Positions 36,684 through 45,386 of a stretch of 64,000 bases of DNA are shown piece by piece. The position numbers were made by a program, and so were the translations under genes. Within the stretch, counting starts at the first letter, position 1. Each line of letters starts with the position of its first letter. Source of the DNA: Candidatus Parvarchaeum sp. (GTDB taxonomy: Archaea; Nanobdellota; Nanobdellia; Pacearchaeales; GW2011-AR1). The stretch lies in assembly GCA_020724955.1 (NCBI GenBank), contig DYFY01000003.1:23463-87462 (forward strand), written 5' to 3'. The notes under the pieces were generated by a model that was not told the DNA's origin, made no database searches, and worked only from the letters and a program-made list of their open reading frames with translations.

Positions 36684-37160
36684 TTATTCCAATACCCTCA
36701 CTAAGCCGTCGGTGCTTTCTTTTTCTATTTTTATTTCTATTCTCCCGCTTGCTGTTTCAAAACATTTGACTCCAGAAAAATCAAATCCAACATGCTCTAT
36801 TTTCCTGTTCCCGAGCTCAGCGCACGATTTTCTATACGGGTAAAAGAAAATATTTGAGTCAAGTTCGCCGTATGTTCTTAAATCAGAGTATTCAGGAATA
36901 TTGCTCGGCGCAGATATGTCCCCAAAACAAACTTTTTCCACGCCGGAAGGCACAGAAAGCCTAAGAGTATTTTTTGTTATTTCAGAATTCCATGCTCTGT
37001 CTATCGCCTCTTGAAGGTCGTTGTAAAAAATCCCTGCTTCTGCACATTTTCTGACATCCAGAAATTTTCCGATGGCGTAAAAGCCTGTAAAAATGATAGC
37101 CCCTATAAGAATTACGGAAAATATAAACCCAAATGAAATCTCAAACCCTCTTTTGTTCAT
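36684..37160 (-). CDS. Class-III signal peptide (type IV pilin-like) protein P1
   Basis: 158 aa. The N-terminus is MNKRG|FEISFGFIFSVILIGAIIFTGFYAI. Its stop lies 1 nt from the P2 start. Confidence 0.55.
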   Translation of the reverse strand: MNKRGFEISFGFIFSVILIGAIIFTGFYAIGKFLDVRKCAEAGIFYNDLQEAIDRAWNSEITKNTLRLSVPSGVEKVCFGDISAPSNIPEYSDLRTYGELDSNIFFYPYRKSCAELGNRKIEHVGFDFSGVKCFETASGRIEIKIEKESTDGLVRVLE

Positions 37161-37421
37161 AATCTAAAAAGCAAAATTCAATAATTAAATGTTTCTAAAT
37201 TGTTGAGTTTGGGCAGAGTGGGAAGGTTAGGTCAGATTCATAAAATAGCGGTCAAAAGAGCTGAAAATTTTCTTGCGAAGCAAAAATCCGAATAGTTATT
37301 TGGAAGCCTTAAATGGTATGACATAGCCAAATTTTATTAGAGAGATATATTATATTTTTTCTAGACTTGAAGAGATATACATAATCCAAAATTTTTTATA
37401 GGAAAGAATAGATTTATAATT

Positions 37422-39452
37422 ATGCAATTTAAATATCCAAAAACAAAAAAAATAGAAAAGATTGATAATTACCATGGAACAAAAGTTTCTGATTCCTATC
37501 AATGGCTGGAAAATTATTCTAATAAAGATGTTAAGGAATGGATAAAAAAACAAGAGAAACTGGCACATTCCTTCATAGATAAGCTTTCCCAGAAAAAGAA
37601 AATTCAAAAGAGATTAAATGAATTATGGAGATATGACGAAAGAACTATTCCTTGGGAAGTATTAAAAGGGAAAAGAATTTTTTTTCATGAGAGAAAAAAA
37701 GATGATGAAAAATGGGTTTATTTCACTCAGGAAAATCAAAGTTCAGAGAAAGTAGAATTGATTAACCCAAATAAATGGGGAGAAAAAGATTCTTTAAGTT
37801 TTGTGGTTCCTTCTGTAGATGGAAAATATGTGGCATTTGGAAAAGACAAGGGAGGCGATGAAAATCCCAAGATTAAAATAATGCACGTCGAGTCAAAAAA
37901 AATATTGAATGATTCAGTAACCGGATGGAAACAAGGCAGGGTTTCTTGGTTACACGACAATTCTGGGTTTTATTATTCCAGAAAGCCATTAAAAGGTGAT
38001 GTCAAAGAAGGGGAAGAATATTACTGGGACGAAGTTTATTTTCATAAACTTGGAACTTCTTCATCTGAAGATAAAAGAATATTTTTTTGTAAGGAAAAGA
38101 AAGAATATTATCATACCGCGAGTGTTACGGAAGACGGAAAATATGTTATTTTCTATAGAAGTACTTTTGGTAAATGCGAAGTTTATTTTAAGAAAATCAA
38201 TTCAGATAAAATTATCCCTATAGCCGAAGGATTTGATGCAGATTATCAAATAAACATAGTGAAAGATAAAATAATAATAAAAACTAATTTAGAAGCATCA
38301 AAAGGAAAGATTTTTGTTAGCGATATAGATAAACCGGAAAAAAACAATTGGCAAGAGTTAATCCCGGAATCGGAAGATAGCCTTCAGGATGTAAGCGCAA
38401 TTTCAGGCAATCTTTATATAGAATATCTTCACAAGGCTCATTCAAAGATCAAGATTTATTCTTTAGAAGGAAGATACCTTAAAGATGTGAAGCTTCCAGA
38501 TATTGGCAGTGCGGAAGTTTATGGTTATTTTTCAAAAAAGAACGTCTGGATCAGATTTTCTTCGTTTTTGTTTCCCTTTACAACTTACAAATACGATTTT
38601 GGTAAAAACGAGCTAAGTTTATTCTTTAAGCCACCAATAAATCTTAAAGTAGACAATTTTAGTACAAGGCAAGTAGAATATAAGTCCAAAGACGGAACTA
38701 AAGTAACAATGTTTCTTTTGAGCAGAAAAAATGTCAAAAAAGACGGAGAAAATCCAGCATTGTTAACTGGTTATGGAGGTTTTAACATTTCTATGACCCC
38801 ATATTTTTCTGCAACCTATGTTTCTTGGCTTGAAGCAGGAGGTATAGTCGCAATACCAAATTTAAGGGGGGGCGGAGAATATGGGAAAGAATGGCATGAA
38901 GCAGGAAAACTTGAAAAAAAGCAAAATGTTTTTGATGATTTTATCTCAGCTGCGAAATTTCTAATAAAAGAGAAATATACTAATCCTAAGAAGTTGGCAA
39001 TTTATGGAGTGAGTAATGGTGGTTTGTTAGTTGGAGCAGTTGCTATGCAAAGACCAGAACTCTTCAGAGCCGTTGTTTGCAGCGTTCCTTTATTAGACAT
39101 GTTGAGATATCATAGGTTAAGCATAGCAAATACTTGGGCTGTAGAATACGGAAGTTCAGAAAATCCGGGACAATTTGAATATATCTATAAGTATTCGCCT
39201 TATCATAATGTCAGAAAAAATGTAAAATATCCTGCAATGTTGATAACTACAAGTGAAAATGATGCAAGAGTAGACCCAATGCATGCTCTAAAGATGGTAG
39301 CTAAACTCCAAGAATTCAATCCAAATGGAGAACCAATTTTTCTTTTAGTAAGAAAAAATTCCGGACATGCCGGCGGAACGACTATCTCTAAAATAATAGA
39401 GCAAGTATCCGAAGAAATAGCTTTTCTAATGGAAAAAGTAGACACAAATTAG
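37422..39452 (+). CDS. Prolyl oligopeptidase (S9A serine peptidase)
   Basis: 676 aa. It has the N-terminus YPKTKKIEKIDNYHGTKVSDSYQWLEN, the catalytic GVSNGGLL (GxSxGG), and distal D and H regions (ENDARV, SGHAGG). Confidence 0.9.
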   Translation: MQFKYPKTKKIEKIDNYHGTKVSDSYQWLENYSNKDVKEWIKKQEKLAHSFIDKLSQKKKIQKRLNELWRYDERTIPWEVLKGKRIFFHERKKDDEKWVYFTQENQSSEKVELINPNKWGEKDSLSFVVPSVDGKYVAFGKDKGGDENPKIKIMHVESKKILNDSVTGWKQGRVSWLHDNSGFYYSRKPLKGDVKEGEEYYWDEVYFHKLGTSSSEDKRIFFCKEKKEYYHTASVTEDGKYVIFYRSTFGKCEVYFKKINSDKIIPIAEGFDADYQINIVKDKIIIKTNLEASKGKIFVSDIDKPEKNNWQELIPESEDSLQDVSAISGNLYIEYLHKAHSKIKIYSLEGRYLKDVKLPDIGSAEVYGYFSKKNVWIRFSSFLFPFTTYKYDFGKNELSLFFKPPINLKVDNFSTRQVEYKSKDGTKVTMFLLSRKNVKKDGENPALLTGYGGFNISMTPYFSATYVSWLEAGGIVAIPNLRGGGEYGKEWHEAGKLEKKQNVFDDFISAAKFLIKEKYTNPKKLAIYGVSNGGLLVGAVAMQRPELFRAVVCSVPLLDMLRYHRLSIANTWAVEYGSSENPGQFEYIYKYSPYHNVRKNVKYPAMLITTSENDARVDPMHALKMVAKLQEFNPNGEPIFLLVRKNSGHAGGTTISKIIEQVSEEIAFLMEKVDTN

Positions 39453-39731
39453 ATCTTCAATTCTTAGAAAAATTTGCGTGAGTGGTAAAAACCATTTCAA
39501 CTTTTGTTAGAAAAAGTGCGAAGCATTTTTTGAGTTTTGTTCTGTCAGTTAAGAAATTTTTTTGTATTTAATGATACATTCTCCATTTTAGGGACGGATA
39601 GTCATGGTTTTAAGGTTCTTGAGATTTTTTGCAAGAAAATTCAGGGATACTCGCTGTTAAACGAGATTGAGTTAAGCGGAAGGATACAACCCTGTCTGCA
39701 AGGATTTACGGCTTTTTCTTTAGCTATCTGC

Positions 39732-42071
39732 CTAAACAAAATTGCTTGCTCCTGCAACAAGACTGCATTGGTTTGTTCCGGGCTGATTTCCGAAATCATC
39801 AACGCATTTTATATGATATGTTTTTCCAGGCTGCCACTGGGCAAAATGCACTGTTTTTTTATCAACGTCCAGTATCTTCATCATTATTCCCGTGTTTGCC
39901 TCAAAATTGCAGTCGTTTAAAGAATAAGAACACTCAGCTTTCTCGCTTGTGATTATTTTTAAAGAGTCAACCCCTTCTTTATAAGCCCTTGTTATCAAAG
40001 GAGCTGTGTTGTCAGTTTCAACACTAAAGCTGACATTGGCAAAATCAGCATTTCCGCCAAGATCGACACACCTGAAATGATAATTGTAATTCCCGGAAGC
40101 GAGCTGTAAACTTTGTCTGTGTTTGAAGCTGTTTGTTTCAAACATTGCAATAAAGCTGTTTTCATCTCCCGTAGGACTAAAGTAACAGATGGCTTTTCCC
40201 TCTTCAGCTCCGTTGCTGGTTTCCAACTCAAGATCAACCTTCACAATTTCAGTGCTGTCAAAAATTTTCTCTCCTTCTTCTGGTTTGATGTCTATTATAT
40301 TAATCTCCTGGCTTCCCAACAGGCTGAATTCGTAGCTCTCTGTATTGACATTCCTGTCTTCCTCAGCTTTGCCGGGCTGGTCTTTGCATCTGAAATAAAA
40401 TTTGTTTTCCTGCCTGTCTTTTATTCCTGTTAAACTGGTTTTGCATTCATAAAGCTGTCTTGCATTCTGCTCATAAACCTCTGTAGAGCAGTTCATGGAA
40501 TTCTCCATGCTTTCATAAGCCTTGTCGTCTATGCTCCATTTGCATTCTGCAGGCTCATTAACAAAAGCAGTTATATCAATATTCTGGCTTCCAAATGCAA
40601 CAGGGCTTCCCCGCACTATTGATGTGTCTTCAATAATTGGAGGAGTTGTGTCTGGCGAAGGATCAACGCAGAAGCTAAACACAAACGCGTCCTCGTTTAC
40701 ATTTCCGTTGGCATCTCTGCACCTTACAAAAAAATCATATTTTCCGTCAGCGCCAATAATCAAATCCCCCTCTGCAGCTTCTGCCAAGGCATTAGGAGAA
40801 GGCAGTCTTAATGCCTGGGTGTGATTCTGCCTGAATAAGTTATTTTCTCCGAAGAAGAACCTCATGTCGTCAAATCTCATCTGGCTGTCTGTATCTATCT
40901 TGCATTGCGAAGGTTCATTTGTGGTCAGCCCAAATTCCAAAGCTGTAAACGCGGCAATGCATCCATTGGAGCTGTCTGTTCTAATTATTTTGGTTCCCAA
41001 AGCTGGTGGTCTTGTATCATGGCTTGTATATGTGTGCTTATCTGTCAAAGCGTCCTGCCAAGGAGTTATCGTCGGACTTGTGACATCACTTCTGCTTACC
41101 CAGACGCATTTTTCCTCGTCAGTGCCTGGATTCACGAGCTCGCATGCCTGCCCCAAACTCTTGCATCTGTATTCAGAGCAGGGCAATCCCCCGGAATTGC
41201 ACTGCTCGCAGTTGCTTCCCCCAAGAGGAGCCTCCCAAGGAAGGCATTGAAACTCAGCTATTTTCTGACTTTCCTCTTTGTACAACAAAACAAAAGTAAC
41301 AGCTGCCACTCCAATTCCTATTGCAGGAGCATAATTCAAAAAGAAACTACCTTTATCTAACAAGCCAAAACCACTTGGACCTAAAGAAGCTAAGCCCTTA
41401 TAAGACATTATTCCCGCAAAAGCTGCAATGCTTAACGCGTTAGTTGTTTCTTGCTCAACACCAGCAATTCCTCCTATCAATTGAATTGCTCCGACAACAG
41501 CCAAACTCCAAGCCAATCCTTCAAATAAATGAGCATACCCCCCTGTAATCTCAAGCCCTAAAAAGTCAATTTTCTTTCTGGAGGTTAAGGAAACCCCCTT
41601 ATCTGCCAAACCGCTTTTAAAAACATCAACCTGTTCATTAGGAACCGTATCTATTATTGTATCTCCCTCACCAAGCAGTCGCAAGTCTCCGTTAGAAGCT
41701 ACAGAAGTATCTTTAATATCTAAGAGATTTATTTTCTTTCCGCTAGGCGAAGTAAAAAAACTATCTTTGGAAATTGCAGAAGTTCCTGTAAGCCTTGCTC
41801 TTGATACACTGTCTACTTCTATTAAAGCAGCAGTTCCTTTACTTCCTGGTTTTGGCTGAATTCCTTCAAAATTCCATCCCATATATTGTTGTTGAGCACT
41901 TGTTCCTGGAGCGGGAGGACCAAGAATTTGAGAATTGGGAACTGGCTGCTCTTGCCCGCTAACAGCATTTGCCTCTCCGAGAATGAATCCAAATGCGGCA
42001 ATTGAAACCAGCATCAAAAATATCTCACCTAAACTAATGTTAACAATAAAGCTACTTCCTCTTTTCTGCAT
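39732..42071 (-). CDS. Large surface protein, the C-half homolog of the 1386-aa giant
   Basis: 779 aa. The order is a pilin-like N-terminus, a Gly/Ala-rich hydrophobic block, a Cys knot and four Ig-like modules. The N-terminus is MQKRG|SSFIVNISLGEIFLMLVSIAAFGFIL. The hydrophobic block is ...GLAWSLAVVGAIQLIGGIAGV...APAIGIGVAAVTFVLLY. It is followed by FQCLPWEAPLGGSNCEQCNSGGLPCSEYRCKSLGQACE. The four modules are about 110 aa each with the signature NEPxxCK...F[FY][FV]RC.D..GN. Confidence 0.6.
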   Translation of the reverse strand: MQKRGSSFIVNISLGEIFLMLVSIAAFGFILGEANAVSGQEQPVPNSQILGPPAPGTSAQQQYMGWNFEGIQPKPGSKGTAALIEVDSVSRARLTGTSAISKDSFFTSPSGKKINLLDIKDTSVASNGDLRLLGEGDTIIDTVPNEQVDVFKSGLADKGVSLTSRKKIDFLGLEITGGYAHLFEGLAWSLAVVGAIQLIGGIAGVEQETTNALSIAAFAGIMSYKGLASLGPSGFGLLDKGSFFLNYAPAIGIGVAAVTFVLLYKEESQKIAEFQCLPWEAPLGGSNCEQCNSGGLPCSEYRCKSLGQACELVNPGTDEEKCVWVSRSDVTSPTITPWQDALTDKHTYTSHDTRPPALGTKIIRTDSSNGCIAAFTALEFGLTTNEPSQCKIDTDSQMRFDDMRFFFGENNLFRQNHTQALRLPSPNALAEAAEGDLIIGADGKYDFFVRCRDANGNVNEDAFVFSFCVDPSPDTTPPIIEDTSIVRGSPVAFGSQNIDITAFVNEPAECKWSIDDKAYESMENSMNCSTEVYEQNARQLYECKTSLTGIKDRQENKFYFRCKDQPGKAEEDRNVNTESYEFSLLGSQEINIIDIKPEEGEKIFDSTEIVKVDLELETSNGAEEGKAICYFSPTGDENSFIAMFETNSFKHRQSLQLASGNYNYHFRCVDLGGNADFANVSFSVETDNTAPLITRAYKEGVDSLKIITSEKAECSYSLNDCNFEANTGIMMKILDVDKKTVHFAQWQPGKTYHIKCVDDFGNQPGTNQCSLVAGASNFV

Positions 42072-42115
42072 GCATTTAATAGAAAAGCGTTATTTATAAA
42101 GAATTCTCTTAAGAA

Positions 42116-42805
42116 TTACCTCTTTCTTTTCACGCCGCTGAAATCCCAATAGCCAATTTCAAATTTTATTCTTCCCCAAGCCTCATCGTCCACAAAAAGT
42201 CGCATCTCATATTTTCCGTTAGCAGAGTCTGTAGTCATCCCTCCAATTCTGTGAAGCTTTTTGTCATCAATTTCAAAGTTAAATTCACCTTTATCAGCAA
42301 ATTCCCCATTATACCAGCGTTCCAATAAGATGCCTACAGATTTTTTCCCTTCTGGCAACTCAGTAAAAAAATGTATATTATCGCCATGTCCAAAAGGTCC
42401 GCCAATTTTTTTATACTCATCAGGATAACTTATCCTACCATCTTCATTCAAATCTTCTGTTCCTGCGCAGGCAAACATCAATCTATGAGGAACTGGCGCA
42501 GAATCCACATTTCTAGTATTTCCAGATTCATAATTGTAAACATTAACATTTTGCTTGTTTTCGCTCTTTCCTGCTAAGGAATTAGCATAGCTTGTTGTTG
42601 CTCTTCCAGCAGCAATTGCTTCTGGCTTTCCTTGAGCTATTCCATATTGTTCCGCTCCTATCCCAGCCATAGTTGTAACAAATTGCGTGGCATCATCATT
42701 TTTGAACCTTATGCTTTCACATCCCGTTCCTCCAGCTAAAACTCCAGCAAGCCCAAGTGCCCCAATAGAATTTTTTATTCTTCTGTTCATTTTATCTATC
42801 TTCAT
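42116..42805 (-). CDS. Putative lipoprotein with an EF-hand-like calcium-binding loop
   Basis: 229 aa. It has a signal with a lipobox-like LAGGTGC and a loop DLNEDGRISYPD that fits the D-x-N-x-D-G-x-I-x3-[DE] pattern. Confidence 0.5.
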   Translation of the reverse strand: MKIDKMNRRIKNSIGALGLAGVLAGGTGCESIRFKNDDATQFVTTMAGIGAEQYGIAQGKPEAIAAGRATTSYANSLAGKSENKQNVNVYNYESGNTRNVDSAPVPHRLMFACAGTEDLNEDGRISYPDEYKKIGGPFGHGDNIHFFTELPEGKKSVGILLERWYNGEFADKGEFNFEIDDKKLHRIGGMTTDSANGKYEMRLFVDDEAWGRIKFEIGYWDFSGVKRKR

Positions 42806-42911
42806 CTTTAACTAATCTTCCAACATATTCGTCGATTCCTGCGCCAGTTACAGCTAAAAGAATTCTTTTCAGTCCATTCCTCACATCACCTCTGCCGCGA
42901 TGTTCAGACAT
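42792..42911 (-). CDS. Possible 39-aa small ORF with a strong SD
   Basis: The minus strand has GAGGAGATAGAATG, followed by MSEHRGRGDVRNGLKRILLAVTGAGIDEYVGRLVKDEDR. It overlaps the start of 42116..42805 by 14 nt. Confidence 0.2.
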   Translation of the reverse strand: MSEHRGRGDVRNGLKRILLAVTGAGIDEYVGRLVKDEDR

Positions 42912-43050
42912 TCTATCTCCTCAAGCAAAACAGAATATTTAAATCTTTCGATTTGTTGTAACTATAAAGAAATTACTACTTTAGCTTCTCACACTCACTT
43001 TCCAACCCTTGTGTTTCCTCATAACATGTGTTTGTTGGAAGCACGCCTCT

Positions 43051-44583
43051 TCAACTTCTCACAACTTCATATCCTTCTTTGTAACCTTTCTGATTCACCC
43101 AATTCAGCTTCGGCCCGCAGTCCCCTAAAGCCGAGCAGACATCAGCTCTTTGCTTTTCCCATTCTTCTGTCAAACATTCGCAGTTTTCAACACACTCTTC
43201 TCCTCCAAAAAGCCCTTTTTCGAATTTTACAACGCACTGCACATTTGCCTGGCTGCATAAGGCCAATGCTTCCTCGCTGTTCCAAAACTCCAGCCCAGGA
43301 GGGTTTTTAGGAAGGCAGCTCCCATCAGCGCTATCATTAAGCCCTATAGTAACCCCTTCTTTCCAAAAACAATCCCTTCTGTCAGTATTTTCGCAGTCAT
43401 CCTGATTTGCCTGAGCCAAACAATCCTGCCATCTATTAACTCTGCATGCTGCCTGAGAAAACTCTCTCCCTGAGAATTCTATTGAATCTTCAAGACATTC
43501 CTCATTTCTGAAATCAGCGCAGGACTCTGTGATTATTTCTCCATTAACGCAAATCTGCCTGAAAAATCTGCTTCCTACTTTGTTGACTCCGTCTTTTGTT
43601 GTTTTGCCATCCCCGACGCACCAGCTCTCTCCGTGCAGCCTGTCTTTACCTTCAGAGTCTTTGCAGTTCAAATCAGCGCATATATAATCTCCGTAAATTG
43701 CATTCCCCCCTGATTTGTCTTCGGCCCTGCAGAAACTTCCAAGAAGATAATTGCAGTTCCCGCAGCTTCTGCTGTTTCCGTTTCCGCTGTTCGGACTGCA
43801 GCTCTCAGCTTTGTTTTTTACATTGGTCCAATAATCCTGGTCTTCTCTTTTGGACGAATCGTAAATGTTGGCGGGATTTCCGCAGGTGTCCACGTAATAA
43901 ACCTCATCTTTTCCAGGAAGGCATGTTGTTTTGTCTGAAGGTCCGCAGTTTGTGCCAAGCTCATCCGCCGAGCATAATTTATCTTCGAAGAAGATTCCTG
44001 TAATAGTTCCGTTATTGATTCCTGAATCACATTCAGCCCTGGTTGTAAATTTGCATGTCCTCTCAAACTCAAAATCATAAACGCATGCTCCCTTGTCCTG
44101 ATTAGAAACGCTCTGAACACACGCAAGCTCATTGCTTATTGATTTGTCATAATTTGTCTCAAGCCCTAATGAAGCAGAAAGTTTTTTGCATCTCACTAAA
44201 GTCACAAAAGCAGCCTGGTCGCCGAGCTTGCAGCATCCAAGCTCGCACTGCGGAGGATTTTCTTCGTTCCATATTCCTCCATTTTGGTTGCAGGTTATCT
44301 GTGGAGTGTTGTCAAGGCATGTTCCCTCTGTACTGCTGTAACAAACACCTGGCTTGCAGAAGCTTGTAGACTCGCACGAGGTAGGAACGTTTCTTGCCCC
44401 TTCTGCGCACTCGCTTGGCAGAACATCCTGGCAAAAGGCCCCGGAATTAGTTCTCTCACAGCACACTGTGTTAGTAGCCTGAGCCTGCACAGAAAACACA
44501 TGAATAAAAAACAAAAACACAGCTCCTATAATTAGGGCTGTCGCTGGTTTCCTGCCAATCAATTTTATTGTTTTTGGTTTCAT
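43051..44583 (-). CDS. Secreted cysteine-rich protein, the N-half homolog of the 1386-aa giant
   Basis: 510 aa with a Sec-type signal (ALIIGAVFLFFIHVFSVQAQA). It has roughly 60 Cys by eye. It is collinear with residues about 70-745 of the giant, for example GKDEVYYVDTCGNPANIYD with GKDGVYWIDSCGNRENIYE, and SCGNCNYLLGSFC with SCGNCNRFAGSVC. Its ATG overlaps the upstream stop as ATGA. Confidence 0.6.
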   Translation of the reverse strand: MKPKTIKLIGRKPATALIIGAVFLFFIHVFSVQAQATNTVCCERTNSGAFCQDVLPSECAEGARNVPTSCESTSFCKPGVCYSSTEGTCLDNTPQITCNQNGGIWNEENPPQCELGCCKLGDQAAFVTLVRCKKLSASLGLETNYDKSISNELACVQSVSNQDKGACVYDFEFERTCKFTTRAECDSGINNGTITGIFFEDKLCSADELGTNCGPSDKTTCLPGKDEVYYVDTCGNPANIYDSSKREDQDYWTNVKNKAESCSPNSGNGNSRSCGNCNYLLGSFCRAEDKSGGNAIYGDYICADLNCKDSEGKDRLHGESWCVGDGKTTKDGVNKVGSRFFRQICVNGEIITESCADFRNEECLEDSIEFSGREFSQAACRVNRWQDCLAQANQDDCENTDRRDCFWKEGVTIGLNDSADGSCLPKNPPGLEFWNSEEALALCSQANVQCVVKFEKGLFGGEECVENCECLTEEWEKQRADVCSALGDCGPKLNWVNQKGYKEGYEVVRS

Positions 44584-45386
44584 GCGCTCTCTCCCAATCC
44601 ATACCCTGCAGGCCAGACAAGGCTTCTGACTGCAAAGTTGAACTCATCACCAGAAACAACATTTTTCAGCTTATATACTTTATAGTCTTCCTTCCTTATT
44701 TTCTCTATTTTCAAATCAGGGTAATATTGCATGTAAAGCAAAGTTTCAGAATCTCCTAAACTTGATTCAAACTGGATTATGCTCGTCGCTATGCTAAGCA
44801 GATTGTAAATCTCGCTGTCAATCGCAATGGAAAACCTGTTAAATTTCTGGCTTCCTTCCTTAGTTATTGTTACAGGAGATAAAAAGTCAACTATTATTTT
44901 TCCAGGGAGCAAGTCAACGTTAATCTCTCCCGCATCCGCCTGCACGCTGTAACCTCTTTCTTCATAATACTCTTTAAGCTCGCTGACACAGCTCTTAGCT
45001 CTTGGTTCAACTCTGCTTTTTATCTCTTTTTTGACATGGTCTACCAGCAGAGGCTGTTGAACAACACAAGGTTTGTAATTTTCCGAAGTGTAACAAAGGT
45101 ATTGTATCTTTTGGTTTTCATAACTGACAAAACTATCCGGCTCTATATATCCCCCTTGGATTGAAATTGCCTGCACGCTGTCTCTGACTTCAGGCTCTAT
45201 ACAATCTCTCAGAAATCCGGAAGGGCTTGCCTCTGTCCTCTGTCCGATATCCAGATTAAAATTTTGAGCTAGAAAAAAAATTCCGATTATAGCAAGAATC
45301 AAAACAGCAACTATGACAAAAACAGCTATTTGCCCCTTTTTTTCCATGAGGAAAAAAGCACAATTTTGTTTATAATCTTTCCGCAT
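44580..45386 (-). CDS. Class-III signal peptide (pilin-like) protein, module B (paralog of 49546..50367)
   Basis: 268-aa ORF containing ...MEKKGQ|IAVFVIVAVLILAIIGIFFLA. An alternative start is at 45348. The ATG at 45386 overlaps the stop of the giant gene as TAATG. Confidence 0.55.
   Translation of the reverse strand: MRKDYKQNCAFFLMEKKGQIAVFVIVAVLILAIIGIFFLAQNFNLDIGQRTEASPSGFLRDCIEPEVRDSVQAISIQGGYIEPDSFVSYENQKIQYLCYTSENYKPCVVQQPLLVDHVKKEIKSRVEPRAKSCVSELKEYYEERGYSVQADAGEINVDLLPGKIIVDFLSPVTITKEGSQKFNRFSIAIDSEIYNLLSIATSIIQFESSLGDSETLLYMQYYPDLKIEKIRKEDYKVYKLKNVVSGDEFNFAVRSLVWPAGYGLGESA

Noticed and set aside
39453-39731. Possible fourth copy of the intergenic repeat (AAATTTGCGTGAGTGG...)
   Set aside because: Only about 8 nt of the core match and the remainder does not align. 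I judged it to be chance similarity in AT-rich spacer.
39537-39920. A 127-aa plus-strand ORF, and many other plus-strand ORFs between 39746 and 50476 (for example 40905..41360, 43596..44003, 48318..48653, 49055..49396)
   Set aside because: All are antisense or alternative frames of the long, strongly supported minus-strand genes. Their compositions (Cys/Ser/Leu/Pro-rich) look like shadow frames.
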